63,671 bases of DNA, filler included, from Octopus bimaculoides (GCF_001194135.2; 10 parts of 7 records of this genome joined end to end with filler, not necessarily neighbours in it); one strand, 5' to 3'; shown: positions 1-12,752, counted from the first letter of the whole stretch. Numbers and translations: made by a program. The notes: generated by a model not told the origin, from the sequence alone.

Positions 1-385
1 ACGTATACGTATACGTATATATATGCATATATATCTTATTTTTATTATTTGTTGATTGAACGCCACGCATCAATTTCCAAGTTCGATATCTTAGAGCTCT
101 TCTTGGTATAAGGTGCAGAAGAGCATTCAGAGCTATGTGCATGTGCTTCAGGTTACAGCTCCGAAATTTCAAAAAACGAAATCACTTTTTTATGCTCCGA
201 GGAAGTTATAATGTGATTCAATATGCATTCAGCACTGAATGCACTGCTTAATTTCATGGTCCTTTGGTAGTATTTAATTTCATATTACGCAATATGCTTG
301 ATTAGCGCTTTAGTATGAAGAATAATCTATAATGTGTTGTAAAAGTATGTGTGCAGATGTGTGTGTGTGTGTGTGTGTGTAAGTA

Positions 386-416
<31 letters not shown>

Positions 417-846
417 ATGTACACACACACACACAAGACAATTAAGGGAGACATATTACCAACTAACTTGTCCTACTTATTTTGCGACGATTCCTTACCC
501 TCCTTCATATATTTGAATATATGTGATGTATGCGTGTGTACTTACACGCGCAGATGTATGTTTGTGAGTGTAAATAGCTTTGTAATTTTAAGTTGCTACA
601 TCTCTGTAGACGCGTGTGCATATGTGTATGAATTCGTAAACTCTCTTTTGAAAACAGTCTGGGGTTCCACAATTTAACCATACCGGAAATAGAAGTATTT
701 GTTATTTGACTGTCCGCATTCTTTCGATCGCCATTTTATTATTATGTACATAGATATAGTGAACATATAGAATTGAGTTGACAACCGTAAATGTATACAA
801 AAGCTCAGACATGCTCATAACTTGCAGCCGGCCTTGTTCGGGACGT

Positions 847-945
847 GACATTGATCAGTCACATTGATCAGTCACATTGATCAGTCACATTGATCGGTCA
901 CATTGATCAGTCACATTGATCAGTCACATTGATCAGTCACATTGA
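847..945. repeat. 13-bp minisatellite (CACATTGATCAGT), 7 full copies plus a partial
   Basis: Read directly. Copy 1 starts with G instead of C, and copy 4 is CACATTGATCGGT. Confidence 0.95.
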
Positions 946-1429
946 AGCATCGATGACTATCGCTTGTCTGGCATTTACNNNNNNNNNNNNNNNNNNNNNN
1001 NNNNNNNNNNNNNNNNNNNNNNNNNNNNNNNNNNNNNNNNNNNNNNNNNNNNNNNNNNNNNNNNNNNNNNNNNNNNNNNNNNNNNNNNNNNNNNNNNNNN
1101 NNNNNNNNNNNNNNNNNNNNNNNNNNNNNNNNNNNNNNNNNNNNNNNNNNNNNNNNNNNNNNNNNNNNNNNNNNNNNNNNNNNNNNNNNNNNNNNNNNNN
1201 NNNNNNNNNNNNTATATATATACACTCACACGCACACACACGCACACACACACATATAAATTCAAAGATGGATGGATGGATGCATTGATAGGTAGATGGT
1301 TAGATAAATAGATAGGTAGATAGATAGATAGATTGATTGATTGATTGATTAAGATAGATAGATATATATTCCCCGCCTCCGTACACATATCTATATAGAT
1401 AGGTATAACGCCAATAATCGACCGCTGTT

Positions 1430-1492
1430 GCTTACTTATCAACCTCAAAAGGATGCAATGGAAATTCGACCTCAGTAGATTTTGAACTCACA
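1430..1492 (-). mobile_element. Short degraded fragment of SINE family 1
   Basis: AAAAGGATGCAATGGAAATTCGACCTCAGTAGATTTTGAACTCA resembles the reverse complement of the core of the copy at 61973-62186. Confidence 0.55.
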
Positions 1493-3616
1493 GGCCCAAT
1501 CATTCGAAGAAATACCGATGATTTGATACACCTGTGAATTTGCCGCTATTGAACATTATGTTTCAGATCATCAAAGTTAGATGGGTGACGTTGAACATTG
1601 TCTACATGAAAAAGCAAACGTTTTTATCGAACGCTCTTACACTGACAGTATTCTTTGTTAACCCTGAAAAATATTAAAATAAACCAAAGTTGGAAGAAGG
1701 TTCTGGTGAACCACCTCTTTTTATTTCAGAGTTATGATATAGAGCGAGATCAAAAGCACGGTAGCATTTCGTAACAACTGATGTCTCTGGTTTATTAAAT
1801 AATGACGAGTGAATAGCTGTACCTTTAGATCTTGTGAAGCATTAATGGCCAAATAGAAATGCCATACAATCGCTTTCTCTATTTTCCTATTTGCAGCTTT
1901 GTCAAACATTAAACTAGTTACATCGCAAAGACGCAGTCGGCAGAAATATAAAGATTGTAACATAGGAGACGATAGAGATATAAAACAAAAAAAAAAAACA
2001 TCCCCTCATTAGTTTCTTCACTCTCCATGTTTTAATTGTTTATACTTGACTAATTTACAGATAATAAAAATAGGGTAGAATGAAATCAGACAGAACTCCA
2101 GTAGTGAGGCGTGAAATTTTAAAGCATTACGTTTTGTTCTGTTTCACATCAAATTGGAAACATTATAAGAAAATGGACATGAAACCAGAAACAGCTACGA
2201 GAAAGAGGCATGTATATATATATATATATATATATATNNNNNNNNNNNNNNNNNNNNNNNNNNNNNNNNNNNNNNNNNNNNNNNNNNNNNNNNNNNNNNN
2301 NNNNNNNNNNNNNNNNNNNNNNNNNNNNNNNNNNNNNNNNNNNNNNNNNNNNNNNNNNNNNNNNNNNNNNNNNNNNNNNNNNNNNNNNNNNNNNNNNNNN
2401 NNNNNNNNNNNNNNNNNNNNNNNNNNNNNNNNNNNNNNNNNNNNNNNNNNNNNNNNNNNNNNNNNNNNNNNNNNNNNNNNNNNNNNNNNNNNNNNNNNNN
2501 NNNNNNNNNNNNNNNNNNNNNNNNNNNNNNNNNNNNNNNNNNNNNNNNNNNNNNNNNNNNNNNNNNNNNNNNNNNNNNNNNNNNNNNNNNNNNNNNNNNN
2601 NNNNNNNNNNNNNNNNNNNNNNNNNNNNNNNNNNNNNNNNNNNNNNNNNNNNNNNNNNNNNNNNNNNNNNNNNNNNNNNNNNNNNNNNNNNNNNNNNNNN
2701 NNNNNNNNNNNNNNNNNNNNNNNNNNNNNNNNNNNNNNNNNNNNNNNNNNNNNNNNNNNNNNNNNNNNNNNNNNNNNNNNNNNNNNNNNNNNNNNNNNNN
2801 NNNNNNNNNNNNNNNNNNNNNNNNNNNNNNNNNNNNNNNNNNNNNNNNNNNNNNNNNNNNNNNNNNNNNNNNNNNNNNNNNNNNNNNNNNNNNNNNNNNN
2901 NNNNNNNNNNNNNNNNNNNNNNNNNNNNAAACTCGATTTTCTGTATTAATGAACAAATAAATTACTTTGTCATCCGTACTTCATCAGATGGCAAATAAAT
3001 TTATTTATTCATTAATACAAGAACTCGAGTGTGGGATTAACTGTAAATAATTGTCGTTTTCATTCTCTTTGGAATTATGTTTTTCGTGGTCTGGGTTTGG
3101 CTGCCCTCTCTAGCATGTAAGGAGTACTGTAAAGGGTCCCCTCTTTTAGTATATAAATACCATACACTTTTTACGTATGAAAATATGTAGTCTATTGACT
3201 TTTAATACGCATGCTAGGTACTGGTATGAAATGTTTCTAAATTTTCTAGCCTTGTAATTTAGGTATGCATACATACATACATACATACATACATACACAC
3301 ATGTATATATATATATATATATATATATATTCGATGCACACGAACTGAATATCTGAGAGACTTCATATATTCTATTAAATCATGGATGTAAGAATCATAT
3401 GTATATGCGTCAGATAGAGCTTCTATTATTTGAACTTTTATGAGAATTTATGTATCAATAATGATAAACTGAACGGAGTTAGTTGATAAATATTTCCACT
3501 TATCAGGTACGTAATAAAACTGATGCGCAAGGGATTTATAAAGATCAATATACCATTGCGAGCACACAGACACAGACATACGCACATGCACATACCATCA
3601 CACACACACACATGAA

Positions 3617-4846
3617 CAAGGGTGGTTTGAAATGTTTATAGGCTGACTATGAAGAAATTATGGTGGAGCTGTGAAATCTTGCATACATTAATTTCCACAC
3701 TGCTTATTAAGATATGCATTGTTTCTTTCTATGTAAACTGATATCTGACTGTCCAAAGACTACCTCAGACGTAACTAGTAGAAATTTCTTTTGAAAATAG
3801 ATATAATATTGCAGCATGATGTTATAAAACACCCACAGAAAATGGTTTAGACCCCAAGGGCATTCATGCTGACATGCTTGCTACATTAATGTATGACACT
3901 CCAGCTTTTTCAGCAGTTGAAAACAGCTAAATTGAGGAGGGGAGTATCTTGAAGATAATCCAAGGTCTAGACGTACTCAAATTGCCACAGCCGTGGAAAA
4001 TATTGATCGTTGTCACCGTATAGTGATGAATAATAGGTGACTGACTATAAAGGAAATATATAGCGAATGCAGATTCCTTGAGAGAGCAAAATATTCTGCC
4101 CAATGAACTTGGCATCGCAAACGATTTTGCTCCGTGGGTGCCAGGCCACGTCTTATGGCACCTGATCGCATTGCGAGAAAATCTGACGTTGATTGCGGCT
4201 GATCCAGCCGATTTTCCTAACCATTTCCTAAGCTAGGATGAGTGTTCGGTTTATCATTTCGAGCGACAGGCAAACAGACAATTCATAGAGTGTAAACAAC
4301 CTTCTTCACCTACTCCAAAGTAGGTCAAGATGATTTCATCTGCAGGAAAGGTGATAGCCTCAGTCTTTGGTGATGCAACATGCAGAACGGATTCGACATC
4401 AATGAAGAGTACTATGACAGTTTGCTGAGGCAGTTACGACAGGCTGTCAGGACTAAGCGCCCAATTAATGGAAAGGGGTCATGTTTCATGGACAATGCTC
4501 CCAGCCCACAAGACTTTGGTTTTAATGGCTTCTGTACGTGGCTATGGCTTGGCGCTGGATGATCTCGATCGCTATTCACCTGATTTATTTCCATCTGACT
4601 ATCATTTGTTCACCAACATGAACAATATACTTGACTGAGAGCCAATGTCGCAGTGTTGATGATGCCATATCTACTGTAAATATCGTTGACAAACAGGATG
4701 AAAGCTTTTTCACCAATACATTGCAGCACCAATGGAAGTGGTGTGTGGACCACATGAGTAAGTATGTTGAAAAGAAAAACACATATCGTCATATATATTC
4801 CATGAGAGTATCATGTTCAACGTATGAACACTTTAGCCGAACCTTG
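3617..4846 (+). mobile_element. Near full-length decayed mariner transposon with transposase pseudogene
   Basis: Mariner motifs APWVP (4129-4143), MDNAP, and DRYSPDLFPSDYHLFTNM (4567-4620) amid stops and frameshifts. Degenerate TIRs: CAAGGGTGGTTTGAAATGTTTATAGGCTGAC versus the reverse complement of the right end, CAAGGTTCGGCTAAAGTGTTCATACGTTGAA. TA follows the right end. Length is ~1.23 kb. Confidence 0.88.
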
Positions 4847-4914
4847 TATATGCACTTTGTGTCTCTATACAATCAACAGAATACATACACAGTTCTATAT
4901 TTAAGAGATGAGGA

Positions 4915-5214
4915 ATTATTTTCATTATTTACATTATTTGCATTTGACGGATATTTGTCCTCATCTTGGTTGTTGTTAACACAACGTTTCGGCTGATATA
5001 CCCTCCAGCCTTCGTCAGGTGTCTTGGGGAAATTTCGAACTTGGGTTCTCATTCCTAACGATGTTAGGAATGGAGACCACATCCCCCCTGTGGGATGAAG
5101 TTAAAATAATATACAGGGAACAACACTGGAAAATACGAAAACTAAAAGAAGCAGCTCTATATGCTAGGACACAACAACCTCCTAAGCAGACCGAGTGCAG
5201 ATATAAATAGCATA
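4915..5214. mobile_element. Penelope-like element fragment: inverted pseudo-LTR (minus, ~4915-5059) joined head-to-head to a GIY-YIG C-terminal fragment (plus, 5063-5214)
   Basis: Plus strand reads PLWDEVKIIYREQHWKIRKLKEAA, then after a frameshift MLGHNNLLSRPSADINSI, which resembles the end of a PLE endonuclease. The minus arm carries a hammerhead motif. The junction is a 10-bp inverted repeat around GAT. Confidence 0.75.
4978..5023 (-). ncRNA. Putative minimal type-I hammerhead ribozyme
   Basis: Minus strand reads GACAC-CUGACGA-A-GGCUG-GAGGGUAUAU-CAGCC-GAAA-CG-U-U-GUGUU. Core is intact, stem I is 5 bp (one G-U), stem II is 5 bp, stem III is the minimal palindromic ACGU, and the cleavage triplet is GUU. 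Confidence 0.75.
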
Positions 5215-6378
5215 NNNNNNNNNNNNNNNNNNNNNNNNNNNNNNNNNNNNNNNNNNNNNNNNNNNNNNNNNNNNNNNNNNNNNNNNNNNNNNNNNNNNNN
5301 NNNNNNNNNNNNNNNNNNNNNNNNNNNNNNNNNNNNNNNNNNNNNNNNNNNNNNNNNNNNNNNNNNNNNNNNNNNNNNNNNNNNNNNNNNNNNNNNNNNN
5401 NNNNNNNNNNNNNNNNNNNNNNNNNNNNNNNNNNNNNNNNNNNNNNNNNNNNNNNNNNNNNNNNNNNNNNNNNNNNNNNNNNNNNNNNNNNNNNNNNNNN
5501 NNNNNNNNNNNNNNNNNNNNNNNNNNNNNNNNNNNNNNNNNNNNNNNNNNNNNNNNNNNNNNNNNNNNNNNNNNNNNNNNNNNNNNNNNNNNNNNNNNNN
5601 NNNNNNNNNNNNNNNNNNNNNNNNNNNNNNNNNNNNNNNNNNNNNNNNNNNNNNNNNNNNNNNNNNNNNNNNNNNNNNNNNNNNNNNNNNNNNNNNNNNN
5701 NNNNNNNNNNNNNNNNNNNNNNNNNNNNNNNNNNNNNNNNNNNNNNNNNNNNNNNNNNNNNNNNNNNNNNNNNNNNNNNNATACCTGTATATATAAATAG
5801 ACACACGCACGAAGATACATACATGTACATTTATATCATATACCTATTTAAGTACTTGTGTATGTGTATGTGTGTGTGAATGTGTCTGTGTATGTATACC
5901 TGCGGGCCTTAGAGATGAAAAGTACGAGAATGAAATATGACTTGAGAAGCTGAGGCTATTCTTCTGTAGTAACTAAAACATCATAGATGGTGGACAGAGA
6001 TGGTAATAGCCAGCAGATGTTTCCACAAGGAATCTGTGGATCGGAAGATGCGAGCACTGAACTGGGCGAGACTTCGTGATAAAGGGACACATGTTCGATT
6101 ATTATACTAATGATTCGCCTTGCGAGGATAAAGGACCTTTGAACGACAGGAAGCAAACCTTGTCCGGAGAAAACGTCACTAATGATTTACTTTTTATGAA
6201 TTTTATATGAAAGAACTATGTTCGTGGGCACGTGTATGGACACATACGCATATTCATTGATATGTACAATTAACCGCAGTAACGTATCTGCCTATCTCCC
6301 TGTATCTACATACCTAATTATTTATTGAGGTATCAGTTTGTGAATCTATATAGAACACACACACACACACACACACAC

Positions 6379-6409
<31 letters not shown>

Positions 6410-7301
6410 NNNNNNNNNNNNNNNNNNNNNNNNNNNNNNNNNNNNNNNNNNNNNNNNNNNNNNNNNNNNNNNNNNNNNNNNNNNNNNNNNNNNNNNNNNN
6501 NNNNNNNNNNNNNNNNNNNNNNNNNNNNNNNNNNNNNNNNNNNNNNNNNNNNNNNNNNNNNNNNNNNNNNNNNNNNNNNNNNNNNNNNNNNNNNNNNNNN
6601 NNNNNNNNNNNNNNNNNNNNNNNNNNNNNNNNNNNNNNNNNNNNNNNNNNNNNNNNNNNNNNNNNNNNNNNNNNNNNNNNNNNNNNNNNNNNNNNNNNNN
6701 NNNNNNNNNNNNNNNNNNNNNNNNNNNNNNNNNNNNNNNNNNNNNNNNNNNNNNNNNNNNNNNNNNNNNNNNNNNNNNNNNNNNNNNNNNNNNNNNNNNN
6801 NNNNNNNNNNNNNNNNNNNNNNNNNNNNNNNNNNNNNNNNNNNNNNNNNNNNNNNNNNNNNNNNNNNNNNNNNNNNNNNNNNNNNNNNNNNNNNNNNNNN
6901 NNNNNNNNNNNNNNNNNNNNNNNNNNNNNNNNNNNNNNNNNNNNNNNNNNNNNNNNNNNNNNNNNNNNNNNNNNNNNNNNNNNNNNNNNNNNNNNNNNNN
7001 NNNNNNNNNNNNNNNNNNNNNNNNNNNNNNNNNNNNNNNNNNNNNNNNNNNNNNNNNNNNNNNNNNNNNNNNNNNNNNNNNNNNNNNNNNNNNNNNNNNN
7101 NNNNNNNNNNNNNNNNNNNNNNNNNNNNNNNNNNNNNNNNNNNNNNNNNNNNNNNNNNNNNNNNNNNNNNNNNNNNNNNNNNNNNNNNNNNNNNNNNNNN
7201 NNNNNNNNNNNNNNNNNNNNNNNNNNNNNNNNNNNNNNNNNNNNNNNNNNNNNNNNNNNNNNNNNNNNNNNNNNNNNNNNNNNNNNNNNNTATATATATA
7301 T

Positions 7302-7338
<37 letters not shown>

Positions 7339-8724
7339 AATAGATATACACACTTTCACGCACACACATGCACACATATATGTATGTATATATGTATATT
7401 AAGAAATTAATAACGAAATGTATAGAGATAGATGTGAGAGAAAGAGAAAGAGACAAAGAGACAAAGAAAGAAAAAGATGGAAACGTTAACGTACGCAAGT
7501 ACTAACATTTGATGAATCTTTTGCTGTAATCTATTTACCCAACGTTTTGCATTAATTCTTCCAATTACTTACATCACCACCAACACCACCATCACCACCA
7601 ACAAATAACAATCTCTGCCTTTACTGTTACAACTACCCCTACTACCCCCACAAACACCACCACCTACACGACAAACAACACCCACAATAATAAAATTAAC
7701 ACCACAAACAGCGACAGCAACACAATACAGTTAGCAACAGTAACACCTTCGAAGAAAAACCACTTTACAACTCACGGATTGACATATTCATTCACCATCA
7801 GTGGAACCGAATTGGTTATTGGAAAGAGAATACGCTATCGGTTGTAACCACTCCAAACATCCCAACTGCCCTTCTGCCCACTCACTCACACGCCCACATA
7901 CAGAAATGATAAGGCCAACTTATTATCTGATCTCATTTGGACGGCAATGAAGTTTACAAATTCTCATTTAATTGAAGCTGAGAATAGATACGGTGTTGCT
8001 CTTCGAGTTGCTTCACTTTCATCAATCAATCCAGACAATGATGGAACTCTTCTGTCGAAAGAGAGTCGAAAGTATTTGCCCAAAAGTCAATGAGTGTATA
8101 TATATGTCATTAAAACAAAACATTGTTATGAACCCACAGACAAATGCTGGCTAAAACAATTCCATGAAAGTCCATAAATACGCATTACTCACTCTCTCAA
8201 TTTCTCCTCTTATATATATATATATATGTATATATATATNNNNNNNNNNNNNNNNNNNNNNNNNNNNNNNNNNNNNNNNNNNNNNNNNNNNNNNNNNNNN
8301 NNNNNNNNNNNNNNNNNNNNNNNNNNNNNNNNNNNNNNNNNNNNNNNNNNNNNNNNNNNNNNNNNNNNNNNNNNNNNNNNNNNNNNNNNNNNNNNNNNNN
8401 NNNNNNNNNNNNNNNNNNNNNNNNNNNNNNNNNNNNNNNNNNNNNNNNNNNNNNNNNNNNNNNNNNNNNNNNNNNNNNNNNNNNNNNNNNNNNNNNNNNN
8501 NNNNNNNNNNNNNNNNNNNNNNNNNNNNNNNNNNNNNNNNNNNNNNNNNNNNNNNNNNNNNNNNNNNNNNNNNNNNNNNNNNNNNNNNNNNNNNNNNNNN
8601 NNNNNNNNNNNNNNNNACATAGGTATATATCTAAGTAAAAATGTTTATTTATATATACATAAACATATGTATATATACATATTTATATATCTATATATAT
8701 CTAAAAATAATATATGTATATATA

Positions 8725-8755
<31 letters not shown>

Positions 8756-9918
8756 TGTTATAGTTGTAAACTGAATATTAGCAGGAAACATGGCCGTATT
8801 AAAAGTTTAGTGTCACATATCAATCATAATCTCATTCATAATGACTTCGAAGTTTCAGCTTAGTTGATGTCGTCAGAATACAAGTGTAATAAATTGAAGA
8901 GCGCTAGAGAACAGTGGGAGGAAAGTACATTTAAAGATTGCTTCAAATGTATATAAAATTGTGGCCATTCTTCGAAAAATATATTTATAGAAACGAACTA
9001 TTCTGAACTATTGCTGATGCAATAATTTTGTTAATAACAATTTGTTCAAATTATTGAACCCTTTTGGTATTTTTTTTCTTTTGTAAGATTCTTGAAGTTT
9101 GTTTATTCGTGTGTTGAAACTGATATTTTGTGTATATCGAGAGGGTCATTGCACCTATAATAAACACGGTCCGAATCAATTTCCTTTCAGTATCCTGGAG
9201 CTAATCTCGATGAATAGCTAACCAATTGATAAAGAAGCAAGAACTGAAATGTAACCAGCACGCGTGTTTATCACTGGTTTCATGACTCTCAGGAGAAATA
9301 AATAAAATAATTTATACTTTACTTAAAATCTATTAACCATGCTCACATACTTACCTACAAAAAAATCAATTTTATGCTTGCGTATTTGCAGGTGTGCGTG
9401 CACATGCGAACATACACGCACCCTCACTTATGCATATATGCATATATATGCTCGTGTATGTGTGTATGTTTGAAGACACACATATATATCTGAGAGTAAA
9501 ACCAGGCGCATAATTATACAAATATAATTATTTCAAACCACTGAAACCATTCATATTCATGAATTTAACTATATATTGAAATATGTGTCTATGACGATAT
9601 GAATTTATATTAGAAACCTTTTGACACACATAAGATAAAATAGGGCAGTATTACATGTTTGTATACATATGTTTGCATAAAAGCATATACGAATTCATGT
9701 ATGGGAGAGAGTGTTTTCAGAAAGGCATATTTATGTAGAATACTATCTAATACACATACTTATATATAAATTTGCATTAATAGATGTTCTTGCTAATACA
9801 CACACTCAAACACACACGATATACACACACATAAACACATATATATTGGAATTTTTACATAGAAGTATGTATACACGTCTATATATAAAAACGTATATAT
9901 ATATATATATATATATAT

Positions 9919-10018
9919 NNNNNNNNNNNNNNNNNNNNNNNNNNNNNNNNNNNNNNNNNNNNTTAATTAATTAANNNNNNNNNNNNNNNNNNNNNNNNNN
10001 NNNNNNNNNNNNNNNNNN
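9919..10018. other. Assembly spacer N44-TTAATTAATTAA-N44 (artefact)
   Basis: The same 100-nt block recurs with its 12-mer core at 9963, 12083, 26282, 30809, 42182, 53303, 55441, 58547 and 61276. The core has stops in all six frames. Confidence 0.95.
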
Positions 10019-12038
10019 CAAGGACGCAAAGAGAGGCACAAGGACGCAAAGAGAGGCACAAGGACGCAGACGGAGGCAGAAGGATGCAAACAGAGGCAGA
10101 AGGACGCAAACAGAGGCACAAGGACGCAAACAGAGGCACAAGGACGCAAACAGTGGCAGAAGGACGCAAACAGAGGCACAAGGACGCAAACAGAGTCAGA
10201 AGGACGCAAACAGCGGCATAAGGACGCAAACAGTGGCAGAAGGACGCAAACAGAGGCACAAGGACGCAAACAGTGGCAGAAGGACGCAAACAGAGGCACA
10301 AGGACGGAAACAGGGCTACAATGACGCAAAGAGAGGCACAAGGACCCAGACAGAGGCAGAAGGACGCAAACAATGGCACAAAGACGCAAACAGAGGCTCA
10401 AGGACGCAAATAGAGGTACATGGTCGCAAACAGAGGCAGAAGGACGCCAACGTAGGCAGAAGGACGCCAACAAAGGCACAAGGACGCAAACAGAGGCTCA
10501 AGGACGCAAATAGTGGCACAAGGCCGCAAACAGAAGCACAAGGACGCCAATAGAGGCACAAGGACCCAAATAGAGGCACAAAGACGCAAACAGAGACACA
10601 AGGGCGCAAACAGAGGCACAAGGACGCAAACAGAGGCACAAAGACGCAAACAGTGGCACAAGGACACAAACAGAGGCACATGGACGCAAACAGAGGCACA
10701 AGGACGCAAACAGAGACAGAAGGACGCAAAGAAATGCACAAGGACGAAAACAGAGACACAAGGACGCAAACAGAGGCACAAGGACGCAAACAGAGGCAAA
10801 AGGACGCACACAGCGGCAGAAGGACGCAAACAGAGGCAGAAAGACGCAAACAAAGTCACAAGGACGCAAACAGAGGCAGAAGGACGCCAACATAGGCAGA
10901 AGGACGCAAACAGGGTCAGAAGGACGGAAATAGAGGCAGAAGAATACCAACAGAGGCACAAGGACGGCAGCAGTGGCACAAGGACTCAAATAGAGGCACA
11001 AGGACGCAAAGAGAGACACAAGGACGCAAAGAGAGGCACAAGGATGCAAAGAGAGTCAGAAGTACGCAAACAGAGTCTCAAGGACGCAAACAGAGGCAGA
11101 AGGACGCAAACAGAGGCAGAAGGACGCAAACAGAGGCACAAGGACGTAAACAGAGGCAGAAGTACGCAAACAGCAGCACACGGACGCAAACAAANNNNNN
11201 NNNNNNNNNNNNNNNNNNNNNNNNNNNNNNNNNNNNNNNNNNNNNNNNNNNNNNNNNNNNNNNNNNNNNNNNNNNNNNNNNNNNNNNNNNNNNNNNNNNN
11301 NNNNNNNNNNNNNNNNNNNNNNNNNNNNNNNNNNNNNNNNNNNNNNNNNNNNNNNNNNNNNNNNNNNNNNNNNNNNNNNNNNNNNNNNNNNNNNNNNNNN
11401 NNNNNNNNNNNNNNNNNNNNNNNNNNNNNNNNNNNNNNNNNNNNNNNNNNNNNNNNNNNNNNNNNNNNNNNNNNNNNNNNNNNNNNNNNNNNNNNNNNNN
11501 NNNNNNNNNNNNNNNNNNNNNNNNNNNNNNNNNNNNNNNNNNNNNNNNNNNNNNNNNNNNNNNNNNNNNNNNNNNNNNNNNNNNNNNNNNNNNNNNNNNN
11601 NNNNNNNNNNNNNNNNNNNNNNNNNNNNNNNNNNNNNNNNNNNNNNNNNNNNNNNNNNNNNNNNNNNNNNNNNNNNNNNNNNNNNNNNNNNNNGAGGCAC
11701 AAGGACGCAAAGAGAGACACAAGGACGCAAAGAGAGGCACAAGGACGCAAAGAGAGGCACAAGGACGCAGACGGAGGCAGAAGGATGCAAACAGAGGCAG
11801 AAGGACGCAAACAGAGGCACAAGGACGCAAACAAAGGCACAAGGACGCAAATTTTGGCAGAAGGACGCAAACAGAGGCTCAAGGAAGCAAACAGAGGCAC
11901 AAGGACGCAAACAAATGCGCAAGGACGCAAACAGAGGCACAAGGATGCAAACAGAGGCACAAGGACCCAAACAGAGACAGAAGGACGGAAACAGAGGCAC
12001 AAGGACGCAAATAGAGGCAGAAGGACGCCAACAGAGGC
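10019..12038. repeat. 20-bp minisatellite, consensus AAGGACGCAAACAGAGGCA(C/G), ~76 visible units, internal gap 11194-11692
   Basis: Read directly. The plus strand is almost T-free and units carry scattered substitutions. Bounded on both sides by assembly spacers. Confidence 0.97.
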
Positions 12039-12138
12039 NNNNNNNNNNNNNNNNNNNNNNNNNNNNNNNNNNNNNNNNNNNNTTAATTAATTAANNNNNN
12101 NNNNNNNNNNNNNNNNNNNNNNNNNNNNNNNNNNNNNN

Positions 12139-12250
12139 TTCCTTAAGACCCCAGATGTATTTGCTAAGACTAGTGCTAGCCATTTTCTTCCTATCTCTAA
12201 AGCATGAGAAATGGTTAGAAATTCTACGGCATACCTGTCCTGAAGTGCAC
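12139..12250 (-). mobile_element. Penelope-like GIY-YIG endonuclease fragment
   Basis: Minus frame reads RRISNHFSCFRDRKKMASTSLSKYIWGLKE, matching the PLE endonuclease pattern R..NH...F.......T.LSKYIW.LK as recalled. Confidence 0.6.
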
Positions 12251-12402
12251 CCCATTGCTTTCGTCTTTGTTATTATAGGGGAGATAACTCCTTAATTTTC
12301 TTTTTTTATTGCTCTCCTGTGGATTTCCACTAGATTAATTAATATATATATATATATAAAATTGTTAAACAGGACAGCAAGCATTAAGGTAAGAAAAACA
12401 TC

Positions 12403-12444
<42 letters not shown>

Positions 12445-12466
12445 AATAAAAATAGATAAGTCCAGC

Positions 12467-12610
12467 TTACGGGATAACACTGTGTTTCACGTCCATAAAG
12501 GGCTTAGTTTTATGGCGTATCATCAGATCCCAAAATAACTGATTTGGGGATTTGATGATACGCCATAAAGCGAGATGCTTTATGGGCGCGAAATCCCGGA
12601 TAATCCCATA
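12467..12610. mobile_element. Palindromic MITE-like element
   Basis: Central 28-bp stem (12509-12536 with 12542-12569; one G-T, one mismatch; loop AACTG). Looser outer arms: TTTCACGTCCATAAAG with CTTTATGGGCGCGAAA, and TTACGGGAT with ATCCCATAA. Confidence 0.6.
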
Positions 12611-12718
12611 ATCTGTCCTTATCTAACTTTATACTATAAAACCGCTCTATAACTTAGAGTGAGCTTCTTATTATATATCTATGACCGTGAATATTTGTAA
12701 ATGAATATTTGTTTTTTG

Positions 12719-12752
<34 letters not shown>

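Noticed and set aside
7948-8094. Short protein-like ORF MKFTNSHLIEAENRYGVALRV...
   Set aside because: 48 aa with no convincing domain match or splice context.
10513-12090. 525-aa repetitive basic ORF and overlapping Cys-rich minus ORFs
   Set aside because: Openness follows from the stop-free 20-bp unit. Stops fall in all frames, about a third of the ORF is N, and there is no non-repetitive domain.
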